Under the pieces are notes generated by a model. The model was not told the origin of the DNA. It saw only the letters and a program-made list of their open reading frames with translations, and searched no databases. A program made the position numbers and the translations under genes. From Antedon mediterranea (lineage: Eukaryota; Animalia; Echinodermata), in assembly GCF_964355755.1 (NCBI RefSeq), contig NC_092671.1, positions 37,396,304 through 37,460,303 of the forward strand: 64,000 bases of DNA, given 5' to 3'. Position 1 is the stretch's first letter, and each line of letters starts with the position of its first letter. This document shows, one piece after another, positions 12,248 to 24,029 of this stretch.

Positions 12248-15200
12248 CTACTGTACTAACGTTAAGAAAGAAAATGTTAACAGATAAATAAGTGTAGATA
12301 AGTATTGACTTTTAACGGTGGCAGTAGACGCATAACTATCGGAAACAGCAGCAGAGGTATCGGAAAGATAATCCGGAACGTTTGGCGTTTCGTCTCCAAA
12401 TGCATACTTGTTCCATCCATCTGTACTTCTATTCTTCAACCACATTTCTCCTACTGAGTAATCCATATAGGCCATGGTATTAGTGCGGTTGGCGGATGGC
12501 TGTGGTCGATTTGCGTAAGGTGGTCTGATGGGTAGTTGAGTAGTCCCCAGTAATATTCTATCGCCGCTGTTACTTCCATTCTTAGAACGCAAACAATAAC
12601 TAAACAGACATGTACTATCCATTATTGTAGCTGTATATGGTGAAAATCCGTGTGGACATTTCTTTAATGTTTCATCGTCACGACTGTATCTGGTGGTCGC
12701 ATTAGCAGCAAACGGATTGGCAACGTTGCAAGTGAACACTCCGCCAAATTCGATGCTAGATGCCAGCGTATGGGCTCGTGTATCCTTGCTAACACATACT
12801 CTTACACCGTACCCTAACGATAAGGCTATAAAGTATTCGGGACAGTCTGTGCTTTTAGTGACAGGATTTGGAACATTTGGCAATGTGTACATACCACCGA
12901 AATAGTACTCTGTGTCCTTATCAATACGTTTACCACACCAAAAGCTTGCGATCTCAGCATAATCTGTCTTTCTTTCCACAGTCATCACATCCATACACGA
13001 TCGCCGAAACCAGCCTTTGCTAGTGCATTCGCGTTTCATACTTGGTACGTCGTATGACTTTGAGATTGTCTGCCTCGAAATGAAATACTGATCAAAATCA
13101 CCCTGGCAATTCACCCATCCTGTAAATGGATTATTCCTAACTTCTTTGTCACACATTGTAGACGACTCGGGCCAACACGTGGTATACGCACCACCTATCA
13201 TGTATCCACTTTCCTGTTCGGGAGGGTCACATAAATCTGCCTGATTGGTATTAGCCAGAAAATTAAAGTTGTTATTCTCACTATCCAAGCAACCTTTAAT
13301 TGTGTTCATGGCGTAGTATCTATAGACAGCATTTTCTATTTCAACGGACACTTGGTAAGTAAGGAATTTCGGCATATCTTTGATTAATGCACTTGTGACG
13401 AATGTATGTAAAGGTTCTCCTGCTTCGTCTAAGGCAACCAAATTGTTGTGGATACCGTCCTCCCAGTCGCTTATACTCATACTTGACCTTAGCACCGGAC
13501 CACCATAACTTTCGATATGATTATCAACTGTTTCTATGTCCATTCTACTCCTGGACCCTTCTTGTATGTTAGCACCTGCAGATACCGACACTCGGAATCT
13601 TCCACCGAGGAAATTCGCACTGGCACTGCTCTTTATCTCTGCCATATGAGCATCTGATGTATCGCGGTTTGTATTCTCCATTTGGAATTCTTGGATGATG
13701 GCAGCACCGGCTTCAACTCTAGTTAACACGTGCGTACCAAAATCACGTACCATTTCATCACTAAGATACGCCGCCATCACATTATCCCCGTCGTTCAGTG
13801 TATTTCCAATCTCCATGACACGAACTTTAAACTCATCCGTCAGAGCTGTTCCGACAGATCTCAATAGAACGTTGTAGATTCGATGACGTAATTGTACGCG
13901 CGTTGTGATAATTCCTTTTTTGGATTGTCGTCTTTTGTTTGCCTGTACTTCTAAGGAGAAACTTCCGCTGACTGATACACCGAGTTTTCTAAATGATGCA
14001 TCTGCATTTATAGAAGCTGATTTGGCGCTTTCATATTCTGACCAGTGCTGAAACACGTCAACAGAATTATCAACCTATTAAGTTTTAAAGGAGAAAAAAA
14101 TAAAATATATGATTGAACACTAGAATCACTAAATCATGTTGACATGCCCCTTAAAACTAGTTTGACAAAAAATATCGTAGTGCCCAAACATGGTAGTGAT
14201 ATTCTCAAATATGGTAGTGATATGACATCATCACGTCCATATATGGGCACATCACATTGTTTTGTCACATTAAAGTTTGATAGTGTAGACAGAGCTAATC
14301 TGATTCAAATCAACCGACAGCAGTGCTCGTGATCGTAAACTCAAAACTCCCATGATACACTCCGATGTAGAAACCCGCGTAACTGTTCATCACAAAAACT
14401 TTTGATCGCAAAATAAGAACGAGCCTCGATTGACAAGGCCTACTACCAGAGACGTAGCCGGCCAACATGAGGCAGACGAGGCGGTACTCTCATCTGAAAT
14501 TTTCACCACCCACCCAATTTCCCCGCACAAATCGTCATATTTTATACTAATAATTATATTTAACTAGATGGTACGCTCGCTTCGCTCGCGTACCATCTAG
14601 GTCGTGCCCACAGATGGTTCTCGAATACATAATAATTTCAGCGTTAAAAAACTGGCGATTTCAAACGTACCGCAGGACAATAATACATGTCGTTTACAGG
14701 AACGAATAAATAGACACTGTGATTTCTGTACTGAACTAAAATTAGCACCCTGGGAATTACTTCCGAAAGAGAAACTTGTCACAAAATGAGACCAATTGTT
14801 TAAGTCAAATTTAAACAAACTTAATTTGTGTTTTGTATGTAACATTAGGGTTGAGGGATGGGAAAGAGGATGGGTGCAAAGAGGAACAATTTTTAAATAT
14901 ATTCTTTATCCATGTAGTAACGAAATATTAATTGTTTTCATGTTTTACAAATAATATACCACTAAACACAGTAAAACATTGCGATGTAATACTTTGTTGA
15001 AACTATCACCGTCCTAGTCGATTGAAATAGTATAGTACATGTAACGATACATCACTACGACGTGTATATGTTTATATAATGTAAAACAATTTGTGAAAAC
15101 CACCTCTACTCGGGGAAAATCATAAATTCGATTTAATCGTCAATAAATATTAAATTATCTAACTCAACTTAATGGTTTTCAATTGTTTCTTAGAGCCAAT

Positions 15201-17395
15201 TCATACTTAAGTTGGTTCCTAACCCTACCCACCAAAGTTGTTCTGCGTTTAGGGCATGTGATGCACCGTAGGCCTATCCTCTATTGGTTTTACAACGACT
15301 CATGCCAGTGAGGGAAGGGTGATGATGTCACGTGGGTGGTTTAACTGCAATAATAAAGATTTGTACATAATATACGGCGACTGAAAACTCTAGCTCATTA
15401 TCCGTTTAAAAAATCTATATCCAACCTCTGCAGCACAGATTGAAAAAAACAAGCACGAATGTGCAATACTCGGGGTACAGCGAAAGAAGCTGTAATGACG
15501 TCATAAGACGGGATGTGACGTCACATACACATCAATAACCTACCAAATACGGCTATAATGGTACCATCTTCGAGACGTCATATGGCTGCATCCGGTTTGA
15601 AATTTAAAAATCCGGCTCTATAGATTTGAGGACATGTCCCTGTAGTATATTCATGCCAAATCCCAGCTCAATACTACAACTAATAAGGGAGGAGTAGTAC
15701 TTTAAAAATCGCACTTTTTACTCAATAGTGTCCAGATGGAGGAAGAGGAGGAGAAAATGAGTAAGTCCTAGACTCGGGTACCCCGAGTAAAAATGGATCG
15801 AATTTCTGTTATGAGTATACAGTACTTGCCTTTACGACGCCTGAGGGAATAGACACTTGTGGAACAGAGATTGGAATGTTCCATTCATTTCAAATCAATA
15901 CATTTGTATAAACGTATATTAAATCTATCAAAATAGTATTTTTTAAAGAAAATCGGCCTGTCTTCAACATTATGATACTGTACTCGAGCTGTTCAACCGG
16001 TTTTCAGCCATTAAAAACAATTATCGTAGGAGGAGATAGGAAAATGCGAAGCATCCTCGTATTATTGTCTGCAGACGGACATACATTAGACAGTGTATAC
16101 CACGATCGGAAACACCCCTATTTGGGGCAAATCGTTGAACCTAAATTCGTTTTAATCGTCAATAACTAATTATCTAACTCGATTTAATTAGTAAACAGGG
16201 CCGGGTTACATCAGGTGGTTAAAATCAGTACCGAAAGTACGAACCAACTTTACATACCATCGAGTAAACATTCTAGAAATTACGCGCGATTTACCGAATT
16301 TTGCCCTTACGTAAATTTATATATAGAAGCATCTTTGCCTCGTCTGTTTTTAACCTCCCGCTACGGCCCTGACTACTGACTACCTCCGATAGAAGAAGAG
16401 AATGTAGTCGTTATTTACCACATAGTGTTTTCGCCCCACTCCGTATTTTGGGAATAATCTACCTTACCTTACTCTGTTTGATTGGAATAGTGTACATTCC
16501 ATCGGGTATTAGATATTGCTCATCTTCAGTCAATCTGCATTGTTTGTATTCATACTTCATCACCATACCCATAAAGACATTTCGCAGGTTGTCCCAGCCA
16601 ACACCTTAAATAAAATGTTACATAATCAGTTTATTAGAGTTGAGCCATACATTTATAATTTGTCCAATCAGATTACTGTCTCGTTTTTCCAGTTAAAATA
16701 AAGGTCAATTCAGACTGCGTCGTACGCGCGCACGTGACGTCGAGGTCCGTCTTCACTCTCGTCGGTGCTGCCAAGTGATGATGATAGCCGTTGGCTTATT
16801 ACATCTCACTGGTGCTGTCTGATTTGAATTCCGACGAGACGAGTCGTCTTATCATAGCGCGCGCGTTGGCGGACGTAGTTTTAGATCGTCGGGAGAACAT
16901 TAAAACATGTTTAATTATCTCTCGACAAGACGACCGATCTGGTCTCACGTACGGCGCTGTCTGCTTGGCGTTAATGTCCGGAGCAATACTAATAAGTTCC
17001 GAAAATAACTGTTCCGATGATGATCAAATCATTGGCGACTACATTGATAAATGTAAGAATCAATATATGTCATCAGCAGGGTGTTTAATGCGTGTTAATT
17101 CTGAATGGTTTGACCTCTTATAAACATTGCAACGAGTCTTCAAACGAAGCAATAAACTGTGGAATGTAATGCAAAAGTTTTTTTTTCATTGCAACGACTA
17201 GTACTGCTTACCTGGAAGTACTCCTAACACACGCATGTCTGTGCCATTATTTTCAGTCAGAAACTTGCAATTCTGAGGATGTCCTTCTGGTAGGCGGACG
17301 TGATATCTTCTACTGGTCTCATTATTGTCGGCTTTACAGCACGTTGGTACAAGAACCGCAAACGAAACAGCTAAGATTACCACGTACGTGAACAT
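12248..17395 (-). CDS. MPEG1: Macrophage-expressed gene 1 / perforin-2 (MACPF + P2 domain), ~715 aa; exons 17395-17212, 16604-16468, 14074-12248
   Basis: Signal peptide [22 protein letters not shown]. Spliced VLPG|VGWDNLRN (family LPGGGWDNLRN), [41 protein letters not shown]2 motifs [36 protein letters not shown]. 2148 nt in frame. Confidence 0.95.
14562..15793. mobile_element. Helentron/HINE-like non-autonomous rolling-circle element in MPEG1 intron 2
   Basis: Terminal hairpin aactagatggtacgctcgcttcgctcgcgtaccatctag; hairpin actcgggtaccccgagt plus aaaaat at the other end; no TSD. Confidence 0.5.
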
Positions 17396-18916
17396 ACTGC
17401 TAACAATGAATAGCTGCAAACTCAAAACTAACATTTATAGTATCAAAACACTTTCGATATTCCAAATTTGGATCGAAAGTCTAATAATCTAATTTTAAGT
17501 AGTTTTTCAAATTATTACCGAATAAATATGAGCTATTTATTATCATTTTCATCAATTTCTAAAATTTTAAAACAACTTATTTACATCATATTTGAAAATA
17601 CATTACTTTACTAGTTTTTTCTGTAATCATTATAAATAACATTTGTTTGTGTGTAAATAGTAATGTCCTGGTGGTAATACGTCAATGACAATGTTCAATT
17701 TGTGCTCTTTTGGCGCGCCATACATTATTGATCGTCGTTAGTAGTAACGCCGAAAAGTTAACCCGGCCCGCATCTGCGCCGCTGTTGTTTCGCAAACTCC
17801 ATCCACCGACGACCAGCAGGCAGGCCTAGCTTTAAAAAAAGGAGACAGAAAACGGTAGTCTATAAACTGATAAAAAAATTGAGCTAGCCTATAAATAATG
17901 CCAAACTTTCTAGGATAGTAGGCCTAGTATATAGCCTAGGCCTAGGCTAGTATAGGCCTATAGGGCCTAGCCTAGCTAGATAGGGCCTATCCCCCTCTTC
18001 TAGCCTGGTCCTGGCTGGGGAGGGCTAGCTAGGCCTATTAGGCTGCCTAGCCTACTACTAGGCTAGGCCTTTTAGACAGGCTAGCACAGCTACTGAGCTA
18101 GGCTTGCTTGATGCTACTGTAGTACTGTATTATAAAGAATGTAGTAATAATTAGTAGTACCGAGTGTCTCTAATATATAAAGTGTATATATATAGGCCTA
18201 GATACGTTTATAGATTAATAAGAAAAATACATTTTGTTTATGATCATATCTTATTCATCATATAATAGTAATACAGTACATTTTTTTTAGTTTTGCTCGT
18301 ACTTTCATTAGAAACCATTCTACTCTATTATAATTATGTATAGACATATGGGAGACAAACAAAAATACGAACAATTTATAGATACTTGTTTTCATTTTTT
18401 TCATTAATGACTGTACTGTATAATATTAATTATTATCATTCTACATTTATGGTAATAATTAAATTTTTCTGATTAAGTATTTTTGTTTTATTACAAAGCT
18501 GGCATTGATTTTACTGTTTCATTCTGTTTATTAATATTATTATAATAAAGAGTTTCAGGCCAATCTCTATCTACTATCAAACTAGTTTGACAAAAAATGT
18601 GTGATGTTCCCAATATGGGAGTGATATGCTTCCTTCAGATCATTCCAATTCTCTATTAATAATTACACTTTTTTTTTCATTTTCCAAAAAAAAATCATAA
18701 ACTATCATCATAAATTATATTGCAAATATGATTGTTGATCAAATCAAATTGAAAAGTTGGCATCTTAACTAAAACATACATAATACATCTATGTATTAAT
18801 CTATGTATTAATAATCATTTTTTTTTTTTTTAGGAAAGTTTCTTTTTTAGAAACTCTTACTTATTTATGATGTAAAAAAAGAGGTTAATTAGTGAGAACC
18901 TGTGTGATAATCCAAC

Positions 18917-21643
18917 ATGCAAGTGGGCCAATATCGCGGAGTACTGTACCTACAGTATTTCCTTCTGTTTGTTGATCTCTGTGTAAATGCATTTGCTGAT
19001 CTTATACGTGAAGACAAAGTGGCTCAGCTAGTTCTCTTTATGTGAGTATCTCTGCATTTTTATTCTAGTTTTATGTGCCCAAATATGGTAGTGATATGCT
19101 TAAATATGGTAGTGATATGACATCATCATGTCCATATATAGGCACATCGCATTTGTTTGTCACAAAAAATGTGATAGTGTAGACAGAGCAGCTTTACAGT
19201 AGCATAACATTCAAAATCAATTTAAATGCTTAGCACAATTTTATAAAATATTTATATTGTAACATGCCTTACAGTGAGTGTGTATAATACTACTACACTC
19301 TTTAAAAAAATATAATTCCCTCAATAAAAAATATAACATTTTATATTACTCTTCTAAGCAGGCAATATTTGTATACATAGTACTCTGCTACTGTAGTGTA
19401 GTAATAAAGTCCTACTCAACCATGACAGCCAAGTCATGTGATGAAATCGGTATACTGTTTGGTTTTCTAAAAAGTCCTGAATTCTGTTTTTGGGGAAATG
19501 TCTATGCTTTACGGTACTACTTTAATATACCTGGCTATTACTGTAAACTTTCTCCATTATCATTTTTTTTATTGTATATACTGATCAACAGAATAACAAT
19601 TTTTAAACTAACACTATCGAAATAATAAAATGTTATTGTTTGTTTTTTTTTTCTACAGAGTACAAGATATTTGTCTGATATTCGCAACCATTGTCATATT
19701 CTTGATGTTCTTTAATACGTACGTTTTTCAAGCAGGCCTTGTCGGATTTCTTGTGCGTAAATTTAAATCAACTATTATAATCTTGTTCATTTACTTTATG
19801 CTGTGTTTAGGACTTCATCTATGGACAGTTGTAAGCATTTTATTCACTTATTTTGTATATTTTTAGTAAAATTATATCATAATTTAATTGGTATTTCTTT
19901 TTTTTATATTTGTCATTTAAATTATATTACTGTTTACATTATACACAATGAAACTTTTCTATTAGAAATTTATGAATTTTACTTTCACTTCTGTTTTATT
20001 AAGCTATTGAGATGGAGTAGACCAAACCTGTACATATGGGAAAACAGACCTGGATATACAGCCCTTTATTCATTGCAACGAATTGGTAAGACCTGAATTA
20101 TGAATAGGTTATAGAATACGAAGATAAACGTTTCTTGCACACATGGCGTTTCATACATATTTGAGCTGAAATATTGGAACTTAAAAAAGACATTATTGTC
20201 TAATACAAAAGTGTAAAGAATATACGTTTTTTGCACACATGGCGTTTCATACATACTTGAGCTGAAATATTGGAACTTAAAAAAGACATTAACGTCTAAT
20301 ACAAAAGGGTAAAGAAGAATATACGTTTTTTGCACACATGGCGTTTCATACATACTTGAGCTGGAATATACAACATGAAAAATACATTAACGTCTAATAC
20401 AAAAGAAGAAACAACTAATGTCCAATTAGAGAGATAAATGAGTTTCAATATTGCATTTCATCATGTGATCACAACAATAAAATAAAATTCACATATTTAC
20501 ATTGGCGGATCCAGGATTTTTAAATAGCGGGGTAGGGGCCCCAGGGCCTAAAAGTAGAAAAATAAAGTGCTAAACTGAATTATTTGATGTCCTATCTTTT
20601 GCATTACAATTTGTGAAATTGGCCCCCCCTCCTTCCCCTTTGAATCTGCCCCTGTTTTAATTTGTATTTAAATAAATTTATTTATTGACTGAGATATGAT
20701 ATATACTTATACAACTTATAGAATAATAAATCTATTTCATTTAAACCTACTATCTTTAAAAAAAGTTCCTTTTAAAATATTTAAAAAAATTATAATTTTC
20801 ATGCGTAATCGTTTATTGTTTTTCCTTGTTATTATATTACCATATATGGTGATAAAAATTGTTGTGTAGCTGATTTGCATAATGTTTATCTTCTTTCAAA
20901 ACCAAAATTAATTTTAATCAGTTTTAAAGATTACAGGATTATTTTCTCAAGGCCACCAGAGACATACTGAAAATGAGAGTTATTCAAAGTTTGCATATTA
21001 CTAAACTCTCGTTTTAAGTCGGGTCACCAATGGCGGGGTGAAGGGAGGTCAGAAATTTTATGGGAAAAAAACTTCATGATGATTATTTTATTTTTTTATT
21101 CACAATTACAATGTTCAATAGTATACCAAAAAAGCAGGTGCTTGTCAGTTTGGTAACCATTTAAATATATGGTACATACATGCCAGACAACATTCATAAA
21201 CAAAAACAATTATGTACAATAAAAAAACAACGTGGCCAGTGTAGCTCTCGGGCTATTTTTAGAACTCAATGCATTTTCTGTTGTTTCGTTTTTTTTCGTT
21301 TATTTTTCCATTCACTTATATAGATAATTTAAACAAACATGAGTATATATATCTGAAATGTGGGTGGATGGAGGTCACAGTAAGTTCACTGAACTTTAAG
21401 TCGTGACCCCCATAGGCCTATAAGTATAGTAACACGGAGTAGACTAAAATATACATATATATAAAAGTGAAGGTACATAAAATTAAAAATTAAATTGTTA
21501 ACGATTATAATACAATCATTCAATTTATTATAGGAGCTGTGCTGTATTACTATTTTTACAAAAGAACCGCATTACGCTTGGGAGACCCACGCTTTTACCG
21601 AGATTCAGATTGGTTGCGTCAAGAATTCCAAAAAGTCCGGTAA
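18917..21643 (+). CDS. TMEM138: Transmembrane protein 138 (ciliary), 162 aa; exons 18917-19041, 19659-19830, 20004-20085, 21534-21643
   Basis: QLVLFI|VQDICLIF...[15 protein letters not shown]...LRW...LQRI|[36 protein letters not shown], collinear with vertebrate TMEM138. Confidence 0.96.
20112..20405. repeat. Tandem repeat, ~95-100-bp unit x3, TMEM138 intron 3
   Basis: ttgcacacatggcgtttcatacata...gagctgaaatattggaacttaaaaaagacatt...tctaatacaaaag recurs three times. Confidence 0.85.
20500..20654. mobile_element. hAT-like MITE (ca.tggcggatcc...gaatctgcccctg); related remnant at 4347-4440
   Basis: Imperfect TIRs of the caggggcggatcc type; no TSD preserved. Confidence 0.45.
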
Positions 21644-21785
21644 CACGAAACTATCTATTGTCTACCTTGTGTGTGTGATGGTATTTGAATTTAAACCTTG
21701 TATAATTAAACCAAGATTGACGGGTAAAAATGTGAGGTGTTGTTCACATTTACCAAGCCTTGAGTGACATTTGACGGGTGATCAT

Positions 21786-22128
21786 CAGTTGGTGTAACGC
21801 AGAGGCTTGAGGCCCCAGGTTTAGAAACCCCAAGTGCTCTCCAACGCTGGAGGCTTTTTTGACATATTTTAATGCCTGTTTTCTTCCCCTGGCTCTTAGG
21901 TGGCTCTGTAATGCTCTGTCTACATTATCAAACTTTATGTGACAAAAAAAATTTGATGTGCCCATATATGGACATGATGATGTCATATCACTACCATGTT
22001 TGGGAATATCACTACCATATTTGGTCACATCACACTTTTTTTGTCAAACTAGTTTGATAGTGTAGATAGAGCTTAAGCTTGGAGCCCCTGGATTTAGCCA
22101 GTAAGCGCTCATGGCCGTTACGCCACTG
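21786..22128. mobile_element. hAT-type MITE with 8-bp TSD, carrying a nested family A MITE (21912-22073)
   Basis: GTGATCAT on both sides (21778-21785 and 22129-22136); TIR cagt(t)ggtgtaacg / cgttacgccactg. Confidence 0.8.
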
Positions 22129-23397
22129 GTGATCATCATTATCATCATATGATGTAAATGAAACCAAATTTCTTCTTTGTCACCGAACTAAGGTATTCAA
22201 TTGACCAATCAGAATATACTGTTAAAAATCAATTTTGTACATTCACCCAATATGGAAATGACTTTTCTGATTGGTTACATTATTATGTCACGATCTTGAA
22301 TGAACACAGCAACGACTAATTATAGATTATTCAATTTACTGTGAAAATTTAACAATAAAACAGATTTTGTAAATATATTTATTTACGTGTGTCACAAATT
22401 TGACCCTTCTTTTTCACAAACTATTTTGTATCTTTCATTTTATATTGTTTTTTTTAAACGACACGTTATAGTAGCTATGTCAAAGGTTAAAGTGTTATGC
22501 AAAAGAATATATTATTTAACCTTTTGTTTCATATCACTTGTGATTTATTTATTCGTATACAGTGCATTCTAACTGTAGTTTTATACTGTTTTATGAATGA
22601 CGATATGATTAAGAACAATACCGATACTGTACTGTTTAAATATGTTAACAGAGATGATGTTTATTTTATGGTAGTTTTTATTTTGGATTTTTTATAAGTT
22701 TGTTGCCAAATTAGGATAAATACTAATCTTCTTCTATACAAGTTTTAGCTTACATTCTATCTTTTTTTTTTTTGGTCGAAACCGTTCAATTCATTTCAAT
22801 ATAAATGTTTTTTATATATTTACAAATGACAATAAATTTACTTACGCAAGTGCTGCAAATTCATTCATTCCGGACAAAGTAATTAATAATAATGTTTACG
22901 TAATATTTTTTTTTAGAAAATTCTGTAATAATATTAACATACTAAACAATATATACATAAGTTAACCCAACAATTTCAACAAATAATTAAATAAATTAAA
23001 TTTGATAACCATTGTATAGTGCTGAGTATACAATGTAGTCTCTACCACGATAATTTCATTTCATTTATTTCGTCAATACAGATAAACATAACAAAACCAT
23101 TGACGGTAACAGGATTAAACAAAAGTGAAAAAGAACTTATTTACTGTACAATTTTCTCCGCCGTCACAGGTAATAAAAAACAGTTGTACAGTCATGTTTT
23201 ATAAATATAATAAGGTTTCAGTTTAATATCTCAGAATCAAGGTATTTTGTGTAAGGCATAAATAGCATTCTTGCCAGTGTAAAGAATTTGCTTTGTTTAT
23301 GTCAAATTTATAGTTGTAATTTTCTGATTGGTACAGTATTGTTTTATACACGGAGCCGTACACGTCCAATTTGTAAACTTTATCTATTCACTATTCA

Positions 23398-23730
23398 ATA
23401 TTAAATGTTTGTCCTTAACTAAAATGCTCTACAGCCTGTTTGCTCTTTCGTTTCTCGTTCTGATGTTTGTTAGTAAGTCATTCTGCGCATGCTGAGAAAC
23501 ATGAAACTCTATCATGACTTTTAGACTCGACTCGACTTATAGCCGGGTTCTGAAACGACTATTTAGTATTCCATATTAAATGTTCGGCAGCAACTAAAAC
23601 GGTTTACAGTCCGTTTGCCCTTGTAGACGTTCTCATGCGAGTAATAAGTCATTCTGCGCATGCTCAGAAACATATGAAACTCTAGCATGACTATTGGACT
23701 GGATAGCTATGTAGCCCCGTTGTGAAACGA
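23398..23730. repeat. Diverged tandem duplication, ~175-bp unit x2
   Basis: tattaaatgtt...aactaaaa...taagtcattctgcgcatgct.agaaacat...gaaactcta.catgact...tgaaacgac repeated. Confidence 0.7.
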
Positions 23731-24029
23731 CAGGTTAATTACCTCTGTAAACTAGAACAAAAGCGCGTTTGTGTTAGATTTGATGTGTGTGTGTTCTATC
23801 TTTGTTGGCCTTTTATCCGCCGCTGCAATACATGAATAGATTAAGGTAAAATTAAACGTGTTATCTTTTATCTGTTATCTAAAATCCAATGCGGTATCTC
23901 AATCTGAATTAACGGCTAAATTGTCGTTTAACATAAGCGTAAGCGTAAGCGTAAAACCAATGCGGTATTTCAATGCGGATAAATGGCTAAATTATTGTTT
24001 AACACCGGCGTAAAATCCAATGCGGTATC

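Noticed and set aside
16791-17123. 110-aa ORF antisense within MPEG1 intron 1
   Set aside because: Non-ATG start and no recognisable domain; the CpG-rich tract is more likely a transposon remnant.
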